Assembly: GCA_051439665.1 (NCBI GenBank)
Contig: JBFRWQ010000162.1
Span: 1-41,363 of the forward strand
DNA from: Microcystaceae cyanobacterium
GTDB lineage: Bacteria > Cyanobacteriota > Cyanobacteriia > Cyanobacteriales > Microcystaceae
Length of the DNA: 41,363 nucleotides
Direction: 5' to 3'
Shown: piece after piece, positions 1 to 9,656 of the stretch
Position numbering within the stretch: position 1 is the stretch's first letter
Layout: each line of letters begins with the position of its first letter
The notes under the pieces: generated by a model
Told to the model about the DNA's origin: nothing
The model's input: only the letters and a program-made list of their open reading frames with translations
The model's database searches: none
Position numbers and translations under genes: made by a program

Positions 1-2
1 CA

Positions 3-185
3 ATGCAGCAAAAATATCCTCAACTGCGATCGCTCGATATGGAACAGTTACGAGAAACTCTCTTAGATATTGAAGCAGATACTTATGCAGAATTTATTCG
101 TGCAGGACGATTAAATAGTAACTTGTCCCCTGTGCTTCAGGAAATTCTGGTTGAATCACAGGATAAAAAGGATAAAAAAGGATAA
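3..185 (+). CDS. 3' end of an unidentified ORF (may continue upstream of the window)
   Basis: Open frame from the window edge to TAA at 183-185. No recognisable motif. Confidence 0.3.
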   Translation: MQQKYPQLRSLDMEQLRETLLDIEADTYAEFIRAGRLNSNLSPVLQEILVESQDKKDKKG

Positions 186-333
186 ATTCGGACAAAAGTA
201 TAGCATCTCTAAACGACTTGATTATAAATAATTTCTGAATCGAGGGGTTATTATCGGTTTAATTCTTGCTTTTCTAGCAGGATTTGCTAAATTATTTGGG
301 TTCATCGGCCAATCTTAATCAGCATAAAGCTTA

Positions 334-351
334 CCCCTGTCTGCACAGGGG
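334..351. terminator. Possible bidirectional hairpin between convergent genes
   Basis: CCCCTGT-ctgc-ACAGGGG is a perfect 7-bp stem flanked by AAAATTTT, 11 nt beyond the stop of the minus-strand response regulator. The T-tracts are weak. Confidence 0.3.
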
Positions 352-361
352 AAAATTTTGC

Positions 362-1438
362 TCATTCAGCTTCTTGTTCAATGTATTCAATAAATTTAGT
401 AGATAATTGAGGATTACGCCATCCTTTAGCTGTTTCTTCCTTGATAATTCTCAGCGCTTCTTGTGGAGGTAAGGCTTTTTTATGGGGACGATGACTGGTT
501 AGGGCATCATAAATATCAAGAATCTGAAATATTTGGGCTAAATAAGGAATATCTGAGGTTTTTAATCCATCAGGATAGCCACTTCCGTCCCATTTTTCGT
601 GATGGTGACGAATAATTTGTGCAATTCCCCGACGATTCTGCATTGGCCGACAGATTTTTTCCCCAATTAAAACGTGCTGTTTGACTAATTCTCGTTCTTT
701 GAGGGTTAATTCCCCTTGCTTGAGAAAGATAGAATCAGGAATGACAACCGTTCCTATATCGTGGAGATGGGACGCTAAAATCAAGTCATTGATCTCAACT
801 GGGGACAATTTCAAAAATTGACCAAAAGATTGCGCCATTTGATCTAGTCTCCGACTCGATGTTCTTCCATCTAAAGAGCGAGTTTCAACCGCTTCAGCAA
901 TGAGAAATAAGACTTGCTGTATTTGTTCTAGCCACTCATACAGGCGCTTTCTCTGAACCAAAAGGGCGACTTTGGGCAAAAAAGAAAGTTCTTCTAAAGG
1001 TTTACTCAACAACCCATCTGCTTTGACTTCCTGACTTTTGAGACGGGCGGGGTTATCGTCATTGACCGTCATTAACACCACAGGGATAGTGGCGGTACGA
1101 GAATCGTTTTTTAACTGCCGACAAAACTCAAATCCCGTTTCTTGTGGCGTTAATACGTCAACAAGTAGTAAATCAGGCTGATATTTCAGCACTTGTTCAA
1201 AAAGGGAGTCTGTGTCATCTGTTTCAAGTACACAGTAGCCTTCATTTGCTTGGGAGAGTAAATCCCCTAAAAGAAGACGACTATGGGGATTTTTATCAAT
1301 TATCAGAATCTTGGCTGGGTCAGATGCGCCGAAAATATCCACCACGGAGTTATTAAGTAAGAATGAGTGTGAGAAGGTTGCTCTCCTAGTATAGTCAATC
1401 GCTCTAACTGATGAGCAGAGGATTTTACGGAAGTTCAT
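362..1438 (-). CDS. Two-component response regulator with receiver domain and HD-GYP output domain (RpfG-like cyclic-di-GMP phosphodiesterase)
   Basis: Receiver motifs are present: ILIID..., LLLVDV with the acceptor Asp, VVLMT, LSKPL. The C-terminus carries HLHDIGT (HD) and HHHEKWDGSGYPDGL (GYP). ATG start at 1436-1438. Confidence 0.85.
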   Translation of the reverse strand: MNFRKILCSSVRAIDYTRRATFSHSFLLNNSVVDIFGASDPAKILIIDKNPHSRLLLGDLLSQANEGYCVLETDDTDSLFEQVLKYQPDLLLVDVLTPQETGFEFCRQLKNDSRTATIPVVLMTVNDDNPARLKSQEVKADGLLSKPLEELSFLPKVALLVQRKRLYEWLEQIQQVLFLIAEAVETRSLDGRTSSRRLDQMAQSFGQFLKLSPVEINDLILASHLHDIGTVVIPDSIFLKQGELTLKERELVKQHVLIGEKICRPMQNRRGIAQIIRHHHEKWDGSGYPDGLKTSDIPYLAQIFQILDIYDALTSHRPHKKALPPQEALRIIKEETAKGWRNPQLSTKFIEYIEQEAE

Positions 1439-1565
1439 AAGAGGAAAGACAATTTTTCCTCATTGAGTTTAATCAAAATCGTTATGACTATGATATAGTT
1501 GTTTACGGGTCTTAACGATTGACTTGTTTTGATACCTCTGAATTAAATTACGGAGAAAGTAGATT

Positions 1566-2171
1566 ATGACCAGTCCCGCAGAAGGATGCTTAAGAGTGGG
1601 TCAAGCTGCCCCTGACTTTACGGCCACTGCAGTTGTTGATCAAGAGTTCAAAACCCTCAAACTCTCTGATTATCAGGGCAAATATGTTGTTCTCTTTTTC
1701 TATCCCTTAGACTTTACCTTCGTTTGTCCAACAGAAATTATTGCCTTTAGCGATCGCTATGAGGAATTCAGCAAATTGAATACCGAAGTCTTAGGGGTAT
1801 CAGTTGATAGCGAATTTTCTCACCTTGCTTGGATTCAAACCGATCGCAAAGAGGGAGGAATTGGCGATATTACCTATCCTCTGGTTTCTGACTTGAAAAA
1901 AGAGATCAGTAGCGCTTACAACGTCCTCGATCCTGAAGCTGGGGTAGCCTTACGAGGTCTATTTATTATTGATAAAGAAGGTGTTATTCAACACGCTACG
2001 ATTAATAACTTATCCTTTGGTCGTAGCGTTGATGAAACGCTTCGCACCCTCAAAGCGATCCAATATGTCCAAACTCACCCTGATGAAGTATGTCCTGCGG
2101 GTTGGCAAGAAGGGGATAAAACCATGAATCCTGATCCTGTCAAGTCTAAGGTTTATTTTGCTGCCGTTTAA
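1566..2171 (+). CDS. Typical 2-Cys peroxiredoxin (AhpC/BAS1 type)
   Basis: Peroxidatic Cys motif DFTFVCPTE, resolving Cys in EVCPAGW, and a length of 201 aa. Confidence 0.9.
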   Translation: MTSPAEGCLRVGQAAPDFTATAVVDQEFKTLKLSDYQGKYVVLFFYPLDFTFVCPTEIIAFSDRYEEFSKLNTEVLGVSVDSEFSHLAWIQTDRKEGGIGDITYPLVSDLKKEISSAYNVLDPEAGVALRGLFIIDKEGVIQHATINNLSFGRSVDETLRTLKAIQYVQTHPDEVCPAGWQEGDKTMNPDPVKSKVYFAAV

Positions 2172-2210
2172 GGTTGTTCAGTTGAACTAAAACATATTTT
2201 TAATGATTTT

Positions 2211-2242
2211 CCCCCATTATTAATCAATGGGGGGATTTTTTC
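2211..2242 (+). terminator. Rho-independent terminator of the peroxiredoxin gene
   Basis: CCCCCATT...AATGGGGG stem followed by ATTTTTTC, about 40 nt after the stop codon. Confidence 0.7.
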
Positions 2243-2410
2243 GGCATTGTTTCGATTGTGAATCTACCGAACCATTTAACTCTACCAATAACCATAATGT
2301 CTAATTGTAATCTAAAAAAGAGCTAAGACTTTGATCGTATATTACAATAGCTCATTGTTAAGTATGATAAAATATTCATTATAGCAATAAGTTATAATAG
2401 ACCATCATAA

Positions 2411-2593
2411 ATGAATGAACCAACGATAGCTCAACTTAAACAGTTGTACCTACTAAGTTATACTTTAACTAACATAATGTTTCAACCGATTCACATTATC
2501 CGTATTGATGAACGGAATCAAAACTTGTTTATCTTAGCAGGAAAGCAAGAAAATCTTGAAATTGTCATTACCCCTGATGGAGAGGTATTTTAA
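2411..2593 (+). CDS. Small conserved cyanobacterial protein (resembles the family I recall as DUF6888)
   Basis: 60-aa ORF. Its stop overlaps the next start (TAATG), which suggests translational coupling. The family assignment is from memory only. Confidence 0.5.
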   Translation: MNEPTIAQLKQLYLLSYTLTNIMFQPIHIIRIDERNQNLFILAGKQENLEIVITPDGEVF

Positions 2594-2808
2594 TGAAACA
2601 GATTAACTATGCTAATATGAGCGATCAAGAACTTAAACAGTATCTTTTAGAGCACAAAGATAACAAAGATGCTTTTTATGCTTATGTGGATCGTAAACAG
2701 CAACACCCGAAACAGGTGATTATTGGCGTTAATGAATTAGAGACATTAACCACTGAGGAAAAAATTGACTTACTGACGCAACGACTTCAAGCTCGATTCA
2801 ATGTTTAA
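2593..2808 (+). CDS. Small conserved cyanobacterial protein (resembles the family I recall as DUF6887)
   Basis: 71 aa. The N-terminal pattern MSDQELKQYLLEHKDNKDAFYAY is typical of that short family. It is coupled to the upstream ORF. Confidence 0.5.
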   Translation: MKQINYANMSDQELKQYLLEHKDNKDAFYAYVDRKQQHPKQVIIGVNELETLTTEEKIDLLTQRLQARFNV

Positions 2809-2888
2809 TTTACGATCAAGAAAGGGAGAGGTAATCGGCTGAAAAACAGAAAATGATGCAGCCACCTCGCCCCTACTGCGTCCTATTT

Positions 2889-5258
2889 TTACAGGACTAT
2901 ATCTGAGGAATTGAGTGAAGAAACTCCATCCATTCCTAATTCAAAATCACTTAACTGATCACCATCAATATCACCAGAAAGAATATTAGAAGCAAAGCGT
3001 AACTCTCCAATTTGACCAGTAAACTCTGCATCACTGATATAAATAAACGCTTGATCGTCTGCTAGAACAGGATTAGCATCTATTTGGGAAAGATCGATCA
3101 AATCCTTCTTGGTTGAGAAATCAGTGATAATATCTTTGAACAATCCTTTTCCAATGTCAGCAATCGAAGAAAAGATAAACGTATCCCGTCCACTCTCACC
3201 TGTTAGTTGATCAAATCCTGCTCCTCCTGTTAATTCATCATTACCACTACCACCAAAAATCAGATCATCTTTTTGACTACCAATCACGGTATCATGACCA
3301 CCACCCCCATCAATCACCAGATTATCTCCTGTCATTGTCACGGCAGAAAAATCCAACTGATTGGCTTGCCAGTTACCCAACAAACGAACCGTCCCTGATG
3401 CTTCTGTTGCGTCAATCTCTTCAATGCCATTGTCAGGGGCAAAATTAATCAAGCCAATATCCACATCTGCGTCACCCACCGCCACAATGACATCCGTACC
3501 TTGAGCGCCACTATCGCTATATGTATCGTATCCTTCAAACTTATAATCATCCTTAGCAGTTGTACCACTGACTAAGTAGTGATCTGAGCCTTTTCCCCCA
3601 TCAAGAAAATCATCTCCCCCATTACCTTCTAAAATGTCATTGCCTGCACCACCAGAAAGAACATCTTTGCCCCAACTTCCTTCAATCAGATCATCACCTT
3701 TACCCCCATCAATGGTATCGTTTCCTCCTTTACCTATAATGTGATCAGCTTCACTTGTGCCAATAATATAATCTGTTTGATGAGAGCCATAAATGATACT
3801 TTTACCCCCATAAAAGTAGTTTAGCCAACTAGAAACACTACTGAGAGATGCGTTAGCATTACCATCTTCATTCAACAAACGATCGCCTTCAATGGCAAAT
3901 CCAATATGATAAATGCCATCAGCCACGGTGTTAATCAGATTATTACCTAAAAATTTGACTTTTGCTCCATCATTCTGCACTAAATGATAGCCTGTTTCCC
4001 TATCTCCCTCATCATCTCCGTGAAGCGTCATAAAGGTATCATAGTTATAAGTACGAATCCAATAATTAATGTTTCGGACATCATGAGTTGTAATCCAACC
4101 ATCTTGATCAATTCCTGTTGCTTCAATTGCTTCCACAATTAGGTGATTAAGACTGTTTGCCGCTTCAGCACCTTCATTAATATCACCTGCGTTTGTATTT
4201 CTTGCTAAACCAGAATCCAACTTAATCGTATCAACAATTTGATCTAACCCTGTTCCTGTGGTGGATTGATCGGTGTAAAAGTAATTAATCCAATCAGCCA
4301 CATCTGCAACCGTAGCATTCGCATTGCCATCTTCATTACGAAATTGACCATCTTGAATCTCAAACCCAATATGATAGAGGCCATCTGCCACAGTATTCAC
4401 TAAATTTTCACCAAAGAAGCGAGTATTTGCTCCATCATTTTGAACTAGATGATAACCTGTTTCTGTTTGGTTTTCATCATCTCCATGAAAGTCAACAAAT
4501 TGCTGATAACGGGTTGCATCAGAACGAATCCAATTATTGATCTCAATAATATCATTTTCTGAAATCCAGCCGTCACTATCAAGGTTTAGCTCTGAGATTC
4601 CTTGTTGATACAATTCGTTAATACTGTTGGCTGCATCAGCGCCTTCAGCAATTTCTTGCCATGAAATACGATTAGTTAAGCCTTGATCAGCAATAATTAA
4701 TTCCGTAATGCGATCTAATCCCGTGTTGGTGGTGGCGTAATCTGTAAAAAATTCTGTTAACCATTGAGCTACATCAGCAACTGAAGCATTGGCATCTCCA
4801 TCTTCATTGAGAAAAACACCATTTTCAATGGGAAAGCCAATATGATATAGGCCATCAATTACTGTATCAACTAAATTATTGCCTTGATAGCGCTGAATTG
4901 CCCCATTATTTTGTAATAGATGAAAACCTGTTTCTTGATTGCCTTCATCGTCTCCATGCAGTCCTGTAAATTTTTCTAAATGATTTTCTCGAATCCAAGC
5001 ATTGATATTGACCACATCATCAACAGTAAATTCACCATTAACACCCGATCCTGTGGCTTTAATCGCCTTGACAATAAGTTTATTAATTTTATTGGCTGCA
5101 ATGATACCTGTGCGAATATTTTCTCCTTCATTTGCTCCTAATAATCCCGAATCGGTGCCTAGCATTGTGATAATTTGATCCAGTCCAGTTTCTGTTGTTC
5201 CTTGAGGGGGAGTGCCTAAAGGAGAATAGATAGAAGAGGATGAAGTTTGGATAGTCAT
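2889..5258 (-). CDS. Large RTX-type calcium-binding protein (probable type I secretion substrate) with three N-terminal domain repeats
   Basis: No signal peptide. The C-terminal half carries many GGxGxD nonapeptides (GKGGNDTIDGGKGDDLIEG, GGAGNDILEGNGGDDFLDGGKGSD, GGSGNDELTGGAGFDQLTG). ATG at 5256-5258. Confidence 0.85.
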   Translation of the reverse strand: MTIQTSSSSIYSPLGTPPQGTTETGLDQIITMLGTDSGLLGANEGENIRTGIIAANKINKLIVKAIKATGSGVNGEFTVDDVVNINAWIRENHLEKFTGLHGDDEGNQETGFHLLQNNGAIQRYQGNNLVDTVIDGLYHIGFPIENGVFLNEDGDANASVADVAQWLTEFFTDYATTNTGLDRITELIIADQGLTNRISWQEIAEGADAANSINELYQQGISELNLDSDGWISENDIIEINNWIRSDATRYQQFVDFHGDDENQTETGYHLVQNDGANTRFFGENLVNTVADGLYHIGFEIQDGQFRNEDGNANATVADVADWINYFYTDQSTTGTGLDQIVDTIKLDSGLARNTNAGDINEGAEAANSLNHLIVEAIEATGIDQDGWITTHDVRNINYWIRTYNYDTFMTLHGDDEGDRETGYHLVQNDGAKVKFLGNNLINTVADGIYHIGFAIEGDRLLNEDGNANASLSSVSSWLNYFYGGKSIIYGSHQTDYIIGTSEADHIIGKGGNDTIDGGKGDDLIEGSWGKDVLSGGAGNDILEGNGGDDFLDGGKGSDHYLVSGTTAKDDYKFEGYDTYSDSGAQGTDVIVAVGDADVDIGLINFAPDNGIEEIDATEASGTVRLLGNWQANQLDFSAVTMTGDNLVIDGGGGHDTVIGSQKDDLIFGGSGNDELTGGAGFDQLTGESGRDTFIFSSIADIGKGLFKDIITDFSTKKDLIDLSQIDANPVLADDQAFIYISDAEFTGQIGELRFASNILSGDIDGDQLSDFELGMDGVSSLNSSDIVL
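3804..5186 (-). repeat. Three tandem in-frame repeats of about 149-157 aa inside the RTX gene (aa 25-179, 180-336, 337-485)
   Basis: Each unit carries GLDxI..., W/NxWIR, HGDDE..ETGYHLVQNDGA, NLVNTVADGLYHIGF and NEDGNANA.V..V..W. I counted the units directly in the translated ORF. Confidence 0.85.
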
Positions 5259-5433
5259 AAAGCGGTAACGATCAATTGATAATTGGTTGAGAGATACTTA
5301 TTTCAACGTAATCGACCGCTCTGCCAATCGCTAACCGCAAATACACGGAAGTTTTTGTTAGAAAAAAAAGTATTTTGAGGACTGATTTATGTTAGGATAG
5401 TAATGGCTGTAGCCTATTTTTTAGGGTAGGGAA

Positions 5434-7143
5434 TTAAAACAAGAAATACCGTTGCGCCATTGGTAATTCGGTGGCAGGATCACAGGTTAATAACTCTCCA
5501 TTTGCTCTAACTTCATAAGTTTCTGGGTTAACCTCAATGTGAGGTAAAAAATCATTACATTTCATGTCTGTTTTACTTAAGTTGCGGGTATTCTTGACGG
5601 CAACACAAGGCTTTTGTAAATCAATCTTTTTGGGAATCTCTTGTTGAATGGCAATTTGAGAGAGAAATGTCAAAGAAGTAGCTGCGATCGCACCCCCAAA
5701 GCTACCAAACATGGGACGCATATAGACAGGTTGGGGAGTGGGAATACTTGCATTTGCATCTCCCATTTGGGACCATGCAATCATCCCTCCTTTAATCACG
5801 ATCTCTGGTTTTACGCCAAAAAAGGCAGGTTTCCATAAGCATAAGTCGGCTAATTTTCCTTCTTCCACTGATCCGACATAATCAGCAATTCCGTGAGTAA
5901 TAGCAGGATTAATAGTATATTTAGCCACATAGCGCTTTGCTCGTTGATTATCGTTATCCCCTGTTTCCTCCGATAATTTACCCCGTTGTACCTTCATTTT
6001 ATGACCCGTTTGCCAAGTTCTTAAAATCACCTCTCCTACCCTTCCCATTGCTTGAGAATCAGACGCAATCATACTAAATGCCCCTAAATCATGTAGAATA
6101 TCCTCTGCTGCAATGGTTTCCCGTCGAATTCTTGACTCTGCAAACGCCACATCTTCAGGAATACTTTGATCTAAATGATGGCACACCATTAACATATCAA
6201 GGTGTTCTTCCAAGGTATTTAAAGTATAAGGACGAGTAGGGTTAGTAGAAGAGGGTAAAACATTAATTTCACCGCAAACCTTAATAATATCAGGTGCGTG
6301 TCCCCCACCTGCCCCTACAGTATGATAAGAATGAATTACACGGTTTTTGAAGGCTGCAATGGTATTCTCGACAAACCCTGCTTCATTCAATGTATCGGTA
6401 TGAATGGCCACTTGTATATCATACTTGTCTGCCACAGTTAAACAAGTATCAATGGTAGCAGGGGTTGTTCCCCAATCCTCATGCAATTTTAACCCCATTG
6501 CACCTGCTTTGACCTGTTCAATTAACCCATCAGGTTGACTTGCATTTCCTTTCCCTAAAAAGCCTAAATTGATGGGGAACGCATCAGCCGCTTGCAACAT
6601 ACGATAAATATTCCATTCTCCAGGGGTACAGGTGGTTGCATTGGTTCCCGTTGCGGGGCCGGTTCCCCCACCAATCATGGTAGTGATCCCTGATGCGATC
6701 GCAGTTTCAATCTGTTGGGGACAGATAAAATGAATATGGGAGTCTATCCCTCCTGCTGTCAGGATCATTCCTTCCCCTGCCACAGCTTCCGTTGCTGGTC
6801 CAATAATAATATCAATGTTATCTTGTATGTAGGGATTTCCTGCCTTGCCAATTTTGAAGATTTTGCCGTCTTTAATGCCAATATCCGCTTTAATAATGCC
6901 CCACCAATCTAAGATTAAAGCATTGGTAATAACCAGATCCACTGCCCCATCTTCACGGGAGATCGGAGACTGTCCCATGCCATCACGGATCACTTTACCC
7001 CCTCCGAATTTTACCTCATCTCCGTAGGTGGTTAGATCCCGTTCTACTTCAATCAGTAAGTCTGTGTCAGCTAAACGAAGGCGATCGCCTACAGTGGGAC
7101 CATAAGTTTCTGCGTAGGCACGACGATCCATAAAATAAGGCAT
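5434..7143 (-). CDS. ureC: Urease alpha subunit
   Basis: N-terminus [23 protein letters not shown]. Also [36 protein letters not shown] and a C-terminal MAQRYFLF. Length 569 aa. Confidence 0.95.
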   Translation of the reverse strand: MPYFMDRRAYAETYGPTVGDRLRLADTDLLIEVERDLTTYGDEVKFGGGKVIRDGMGQSPISREDGAVDLVITNALILDWWGIIKADIGIKDGKIFKIGKAGNPYIQDNIDIIIGPATEAVAGEGMILTAGGIDSHIHFICPQQIETAIASGITTMIGGGTGPATGTNATTCTPGEWNIYRMLQAADAFPINLGFLGKGNASQPDGLIEQVKAGAMGLKLHEDWGTTPATIDTCLTVADKYDIQVAIHTDTLNEAGFVENTIAAFKNRVIHSYHTVGAGGGHAPDIIKVCGEINVLPSSTNPTRPYTLNTLEEHLDMLMVCHHLDQSIPEDVAFAESRIRRETIAAEDILHDLGAFSMIASDSQAMGRVGEVILRTWQTGHKMKVQRGKLSEETGDNDNQRAKRYVAKYTINPAITHGIADYVGSVEEGKLADLCLWKPAFFGVKPEIVIKGGMIAWSQMGDANASIPTPQPVYMRPMFGSFGGAIAATSLTFLSQIAIQQEIPKKIDLQKPCVAVKNTRNLSKTDMKCNDFLPHIEVNPETYEVRANGELLTCDPATELPMAQRYFLF

Positions 7144-7381
7144 TAGTTAGTCCTCTCTATTAGGGTGTAATGGAACGATACAGTTAAATATCAAGAGATT
7201 TATCAATTTTACTGTTATTGTAATCTATGATTAAGTTCAATAAATATTTAATTGATCAATTTGTTAAGATATTAGTACAATGACACTTAAGCTGTCTGTC
7301 TCCACAAAAGCAAATTTGTGGTTGGATAGCTAACAACGTATCGTTGGAAAAATACGATCTATTATTCATCTAAAATTACCC

Positions 7382-8803
7382 ATGACACAAGAGCAATTAT
7401 TAGGTTTCAATGAACATTGGCTGGTGCAAAGATTAGAGAGGGTCAACACAGACATTCTTAAGAAATTTGTGTCAAACTGGCAAGATCTTAAAAATATTAA
7501 TACTCAAAAAGAACTTATTTCAGAAGTTATTACTCGCTTAAAGCTACTAAGTAATGACTCAGAGTTTATTAATCAATTTAAGGATTTTTTGAGAGACTAT
7601 GTGTTAAGTGCAAAAGTCTCTGAGTATATTTTGAAAATTAATAACAAAGACGATATTATTAGATGGCTAAATAGTTTGACTCAGAAATCTGGAGAATTTT
7701 CAGGAAGAAAATACCACTTTTTTCTTCATAAATATATTTCTCTCAATCGTAAACAACTTGATGATGCAGAAACTTCTATTTATTATCCCACAGAATTGGC
7801 ATTATTGATGGCAAGATCCAAAAAGGAATCTTATTTTCCTGATGGACTGAAACAAATACCTTATCATAAGACTTCCGAGTTTGAAATCATTTTTAGAGAT
7901 GATATGGATTGGATTGAAGTGCGAGGCGATTTTCAGATTGTTAGGGACTTCATGAGTACAGCGACCGTATCTCTAGATAATCCTTTCAGTGAAACAAAAA
8001 GCATATTTATTACTTATCAAAAAAATAAAACACCTAAGAGCTATCTTGTTGAACCTGTTAAATTCCTCCATATTTCCACTTTGAAAGATGCTATTAAAGG
8101 TAGTTATTTATCAGCATCATCTCCTACTAATGGTTCTAAAACATCTCGAATTTCTTTGTCTTTTGATAAATTAATTGATAGTCAAGAAGAAACAGAGCCT
8201 AGTTTAAGAAACCTAATAGTTCCAACAATTCAAGATGCAGATAAACTAAAAATTGCTTTTCAATATAAGCAAAAAGAATATTCTTTCGGAATTACTAAAA
8301 GTGGCGGTTTAACTTTTTATAAATATACTCCTGAAGAAGTCATAACCTATATTTTGCAAACTATTAATAAGATAGTAGTAGATAATTTTCGGCAAAAAAA
8401 TATTAGTATTCCACCGCAAGTAACTAACAAGTTTAGTGATTTTCAATCTAGTCCAATTAATGCCCATTCTAAGGTCAATAATATCATCAATAATGATCAT
8501 AGAAATATACTCACAAAAATAAAGTCATATATTGAAGAAAAGTATTCAGGTAATGGCTTAATTGGTATTTCTGATTTAGCTGAATATTGTGATACCATAG
8601 AAGGAGAAATTTATGTCAATTTATTAGCCTTAAAAAAACAAGGGGAAATTGACATTATTATTAGATACTTTTGTCCTGAAACTCATCAAATTCCTAATGA
8701 TGAAGTTCCTTACTGCTCTGAATGTGATTATGAATACTCTGCAGATTATATAACAACACTTGTTTATGTTCAACCGCTTAAAGTTAATCAAGAAGTTAAG
8801 TAA
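7382..8803 (+). CDS. Hypothetical 473-aa protein with no recognisable catalytic motif. The C-terminal ~90 aa look like a winged helix plus a C-x3-H...C-x2-C zinc-ribbon-like element.
   Basis: Long uninterrupted ORF with Lys/Asn/Ile-rich composition and no P-loop. Its C-terminus reads GISDLAEYCDTIEGEIYVNLLALKKQGEI followed by CPETH...CSEC. Confidence 0.7.
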   Translation: MTQEQLLGFNEHWLVQRLERVNTDILKKFVSNWQDLKNINTQKELISEVITRLKLLSNDSEFINQFKDFLRDYVLSAKVSEYILKINNKDDIIRWLNSLTQKSGEFSGRKYHFFLHKYISLNRKQLDDAETSIYYPTELALLMARSKKESYFPDGLKQIPYHKTSEFEIIFRDDMDWIEVRGDFQIVRDFMSTATVSLDNPFSETKSIFITYQKNKTPKSYLVEPVKFLHISTLKDAIKGSYLSASSPTNGSKTSRISLSFDKLIDSQEETEPSLRNLIVPTIQDADKLKIAFQYKQKEYSFGITKSGGLTFYKYTPEEVITYILQTINKIVVDNFRQKNISIPPQVTNKFSDFQSSPINAHSKVNNIINNDHRNILTKIKSYIEEKYSGNGLIGISDLAEYCDTIEGEIYVNLLALKKQGEIDIIIRYFCPETHQIPNDEVPYCSECDYEYSADYITTLVYVQPLKVNQEVK

Positions 8804-8827
8804 CCATTAAGTGAGGAAAAATTAAAG

Positions 8828-9517
8828 GTGAATAAAAAACAATTAGCTTCTGCATTCCTTGATGATATTAGCAATTATATTGCCAAACTACAACAAATAG
8901 AATCAAGACAAAATTCACTAACTTGTGCTAACTGCTTTAAGAATGATAATAACTATGAAGCAGAAAAAGATATATTGTCTAGGATACTTACTCAAAACTT
9001 CCAAAACACTAAAGAAAAAGGTGATGCTTTAGAAAATTTGGTTAAATATCTATTTGAAAGAATTTCATTAGTCAGTAATGTTGAAATTACCAATAAAGAT
9101 ATTACATTGGGACAAACCGATATTCAATTATTACCAATCGATCATATATTATACGAAATATGGGGAATTAGAGATTGCCCCCCAATGTCTATTATAGGAG
9201 AATGTAAAAATTATCCTAAAGATCCTGTTGGTAGAGAAGAAATTGAAAAAATTTGTTGGCGAACTTGTAAAGGAGGATGCTTAAGTTTTTTCATTACATT
9301 TGACTTTACACAGCCAGCACTAGATGAAATTGCCTATTTTAATCGACATAAAAATGATTTATGTATAAAAGGAGAAGGTGCATTAATTGTTCCTATTACT
9401 ATATTTATGCTAGAAACAATTATTACAAATAATATTAATTTTTGTTATTTTATTCGTTGGGCAATTCTATACTCTAAAGATATGAATATTGCTAATTATA
9501 TTCAAAAATTTAACTAG
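8828..9517 (+). CDS. Mrr-like restriction endonuclease-fold (PD-(D/E)XK) protein
   Basis: GTG start 24 nt after the upstream stop, preceded by GAGGA. The ordered motif LENLV ... GQTDIQLL ... IIGECKNY ... VGREEIEKI ... FFITFDFT matches the E / D / ExK layout of the Mrr catalytic domain as I remember it. Confidence 0.6.
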   Translation: MNKKQLASAFLDDISNYIAKLQQIESRQNSLTCANCFKNDNNYEAEKDILSRILTQNFQNTKEKGDALENLVKYLFERISLVSNVEITNKDITLGQTDIQLLPIDHILYEIWGIRDCPPMSIIGECKNYPKDPVGREEIEKICWRTCKGGCLSFFITFDFTQPALDEIAYFNRHKNDLCIKGEGALIVPITIFMLETIITNNINFCYFIRWAILYSKDMNIANYIQKFN

Positions 9518-9656
9518 CGGGTCAGAAAATACTACTCAAGAGTCGTATTAATACGGCAACTAGAGCCAAAGAAATGAGTTAATCTAGTAAATAAGAAAAC
9601 AACCTATTCACTCCCTAAACTTAAAAGATGAACGAGTTAATAGGAAGGAGATCAAG

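Noticed and set aside
215-318. TM-like reading frame (GVIIGLILAFLAGFAKLFGFIGQS) in the first intergenic region.
   Set aside because: There is no ATG, GTG or TTG start between the preceding in-frame stop and the hydrophobic stretch.
1144-1356. 70-aa plus-strand ORF inside the response-regulator gene. The same applies to antisense or out-of-frame ORFs at 5641-5838, 6715-6912, 6845-7027, 8309-8500, 10190-10393, 11142-11381, 12430-12630, 12494-12685, 15958-16161, 23224-23475, 24544-24726, 29812-30066, 30071-30274, 30782-30964, 31602-31805, 31630-31827, 31913-32113, 34276-34503, 34663-34869 and 35937-36236.
   Set aside because: All lie entirely within longer ORFs that have clear family signatures. 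They have odd composition and no ribosome-binding sites, so they look like shadow ORFs.
7167-7181. NtcA-like palindrome GTA-N-TAC just upstream of ureC.
   Set aside because: The spacer is 9 nt rather than the canonical 8. The site lies only about 25-40 nt from the start codon, which is too close for a class II activator site.
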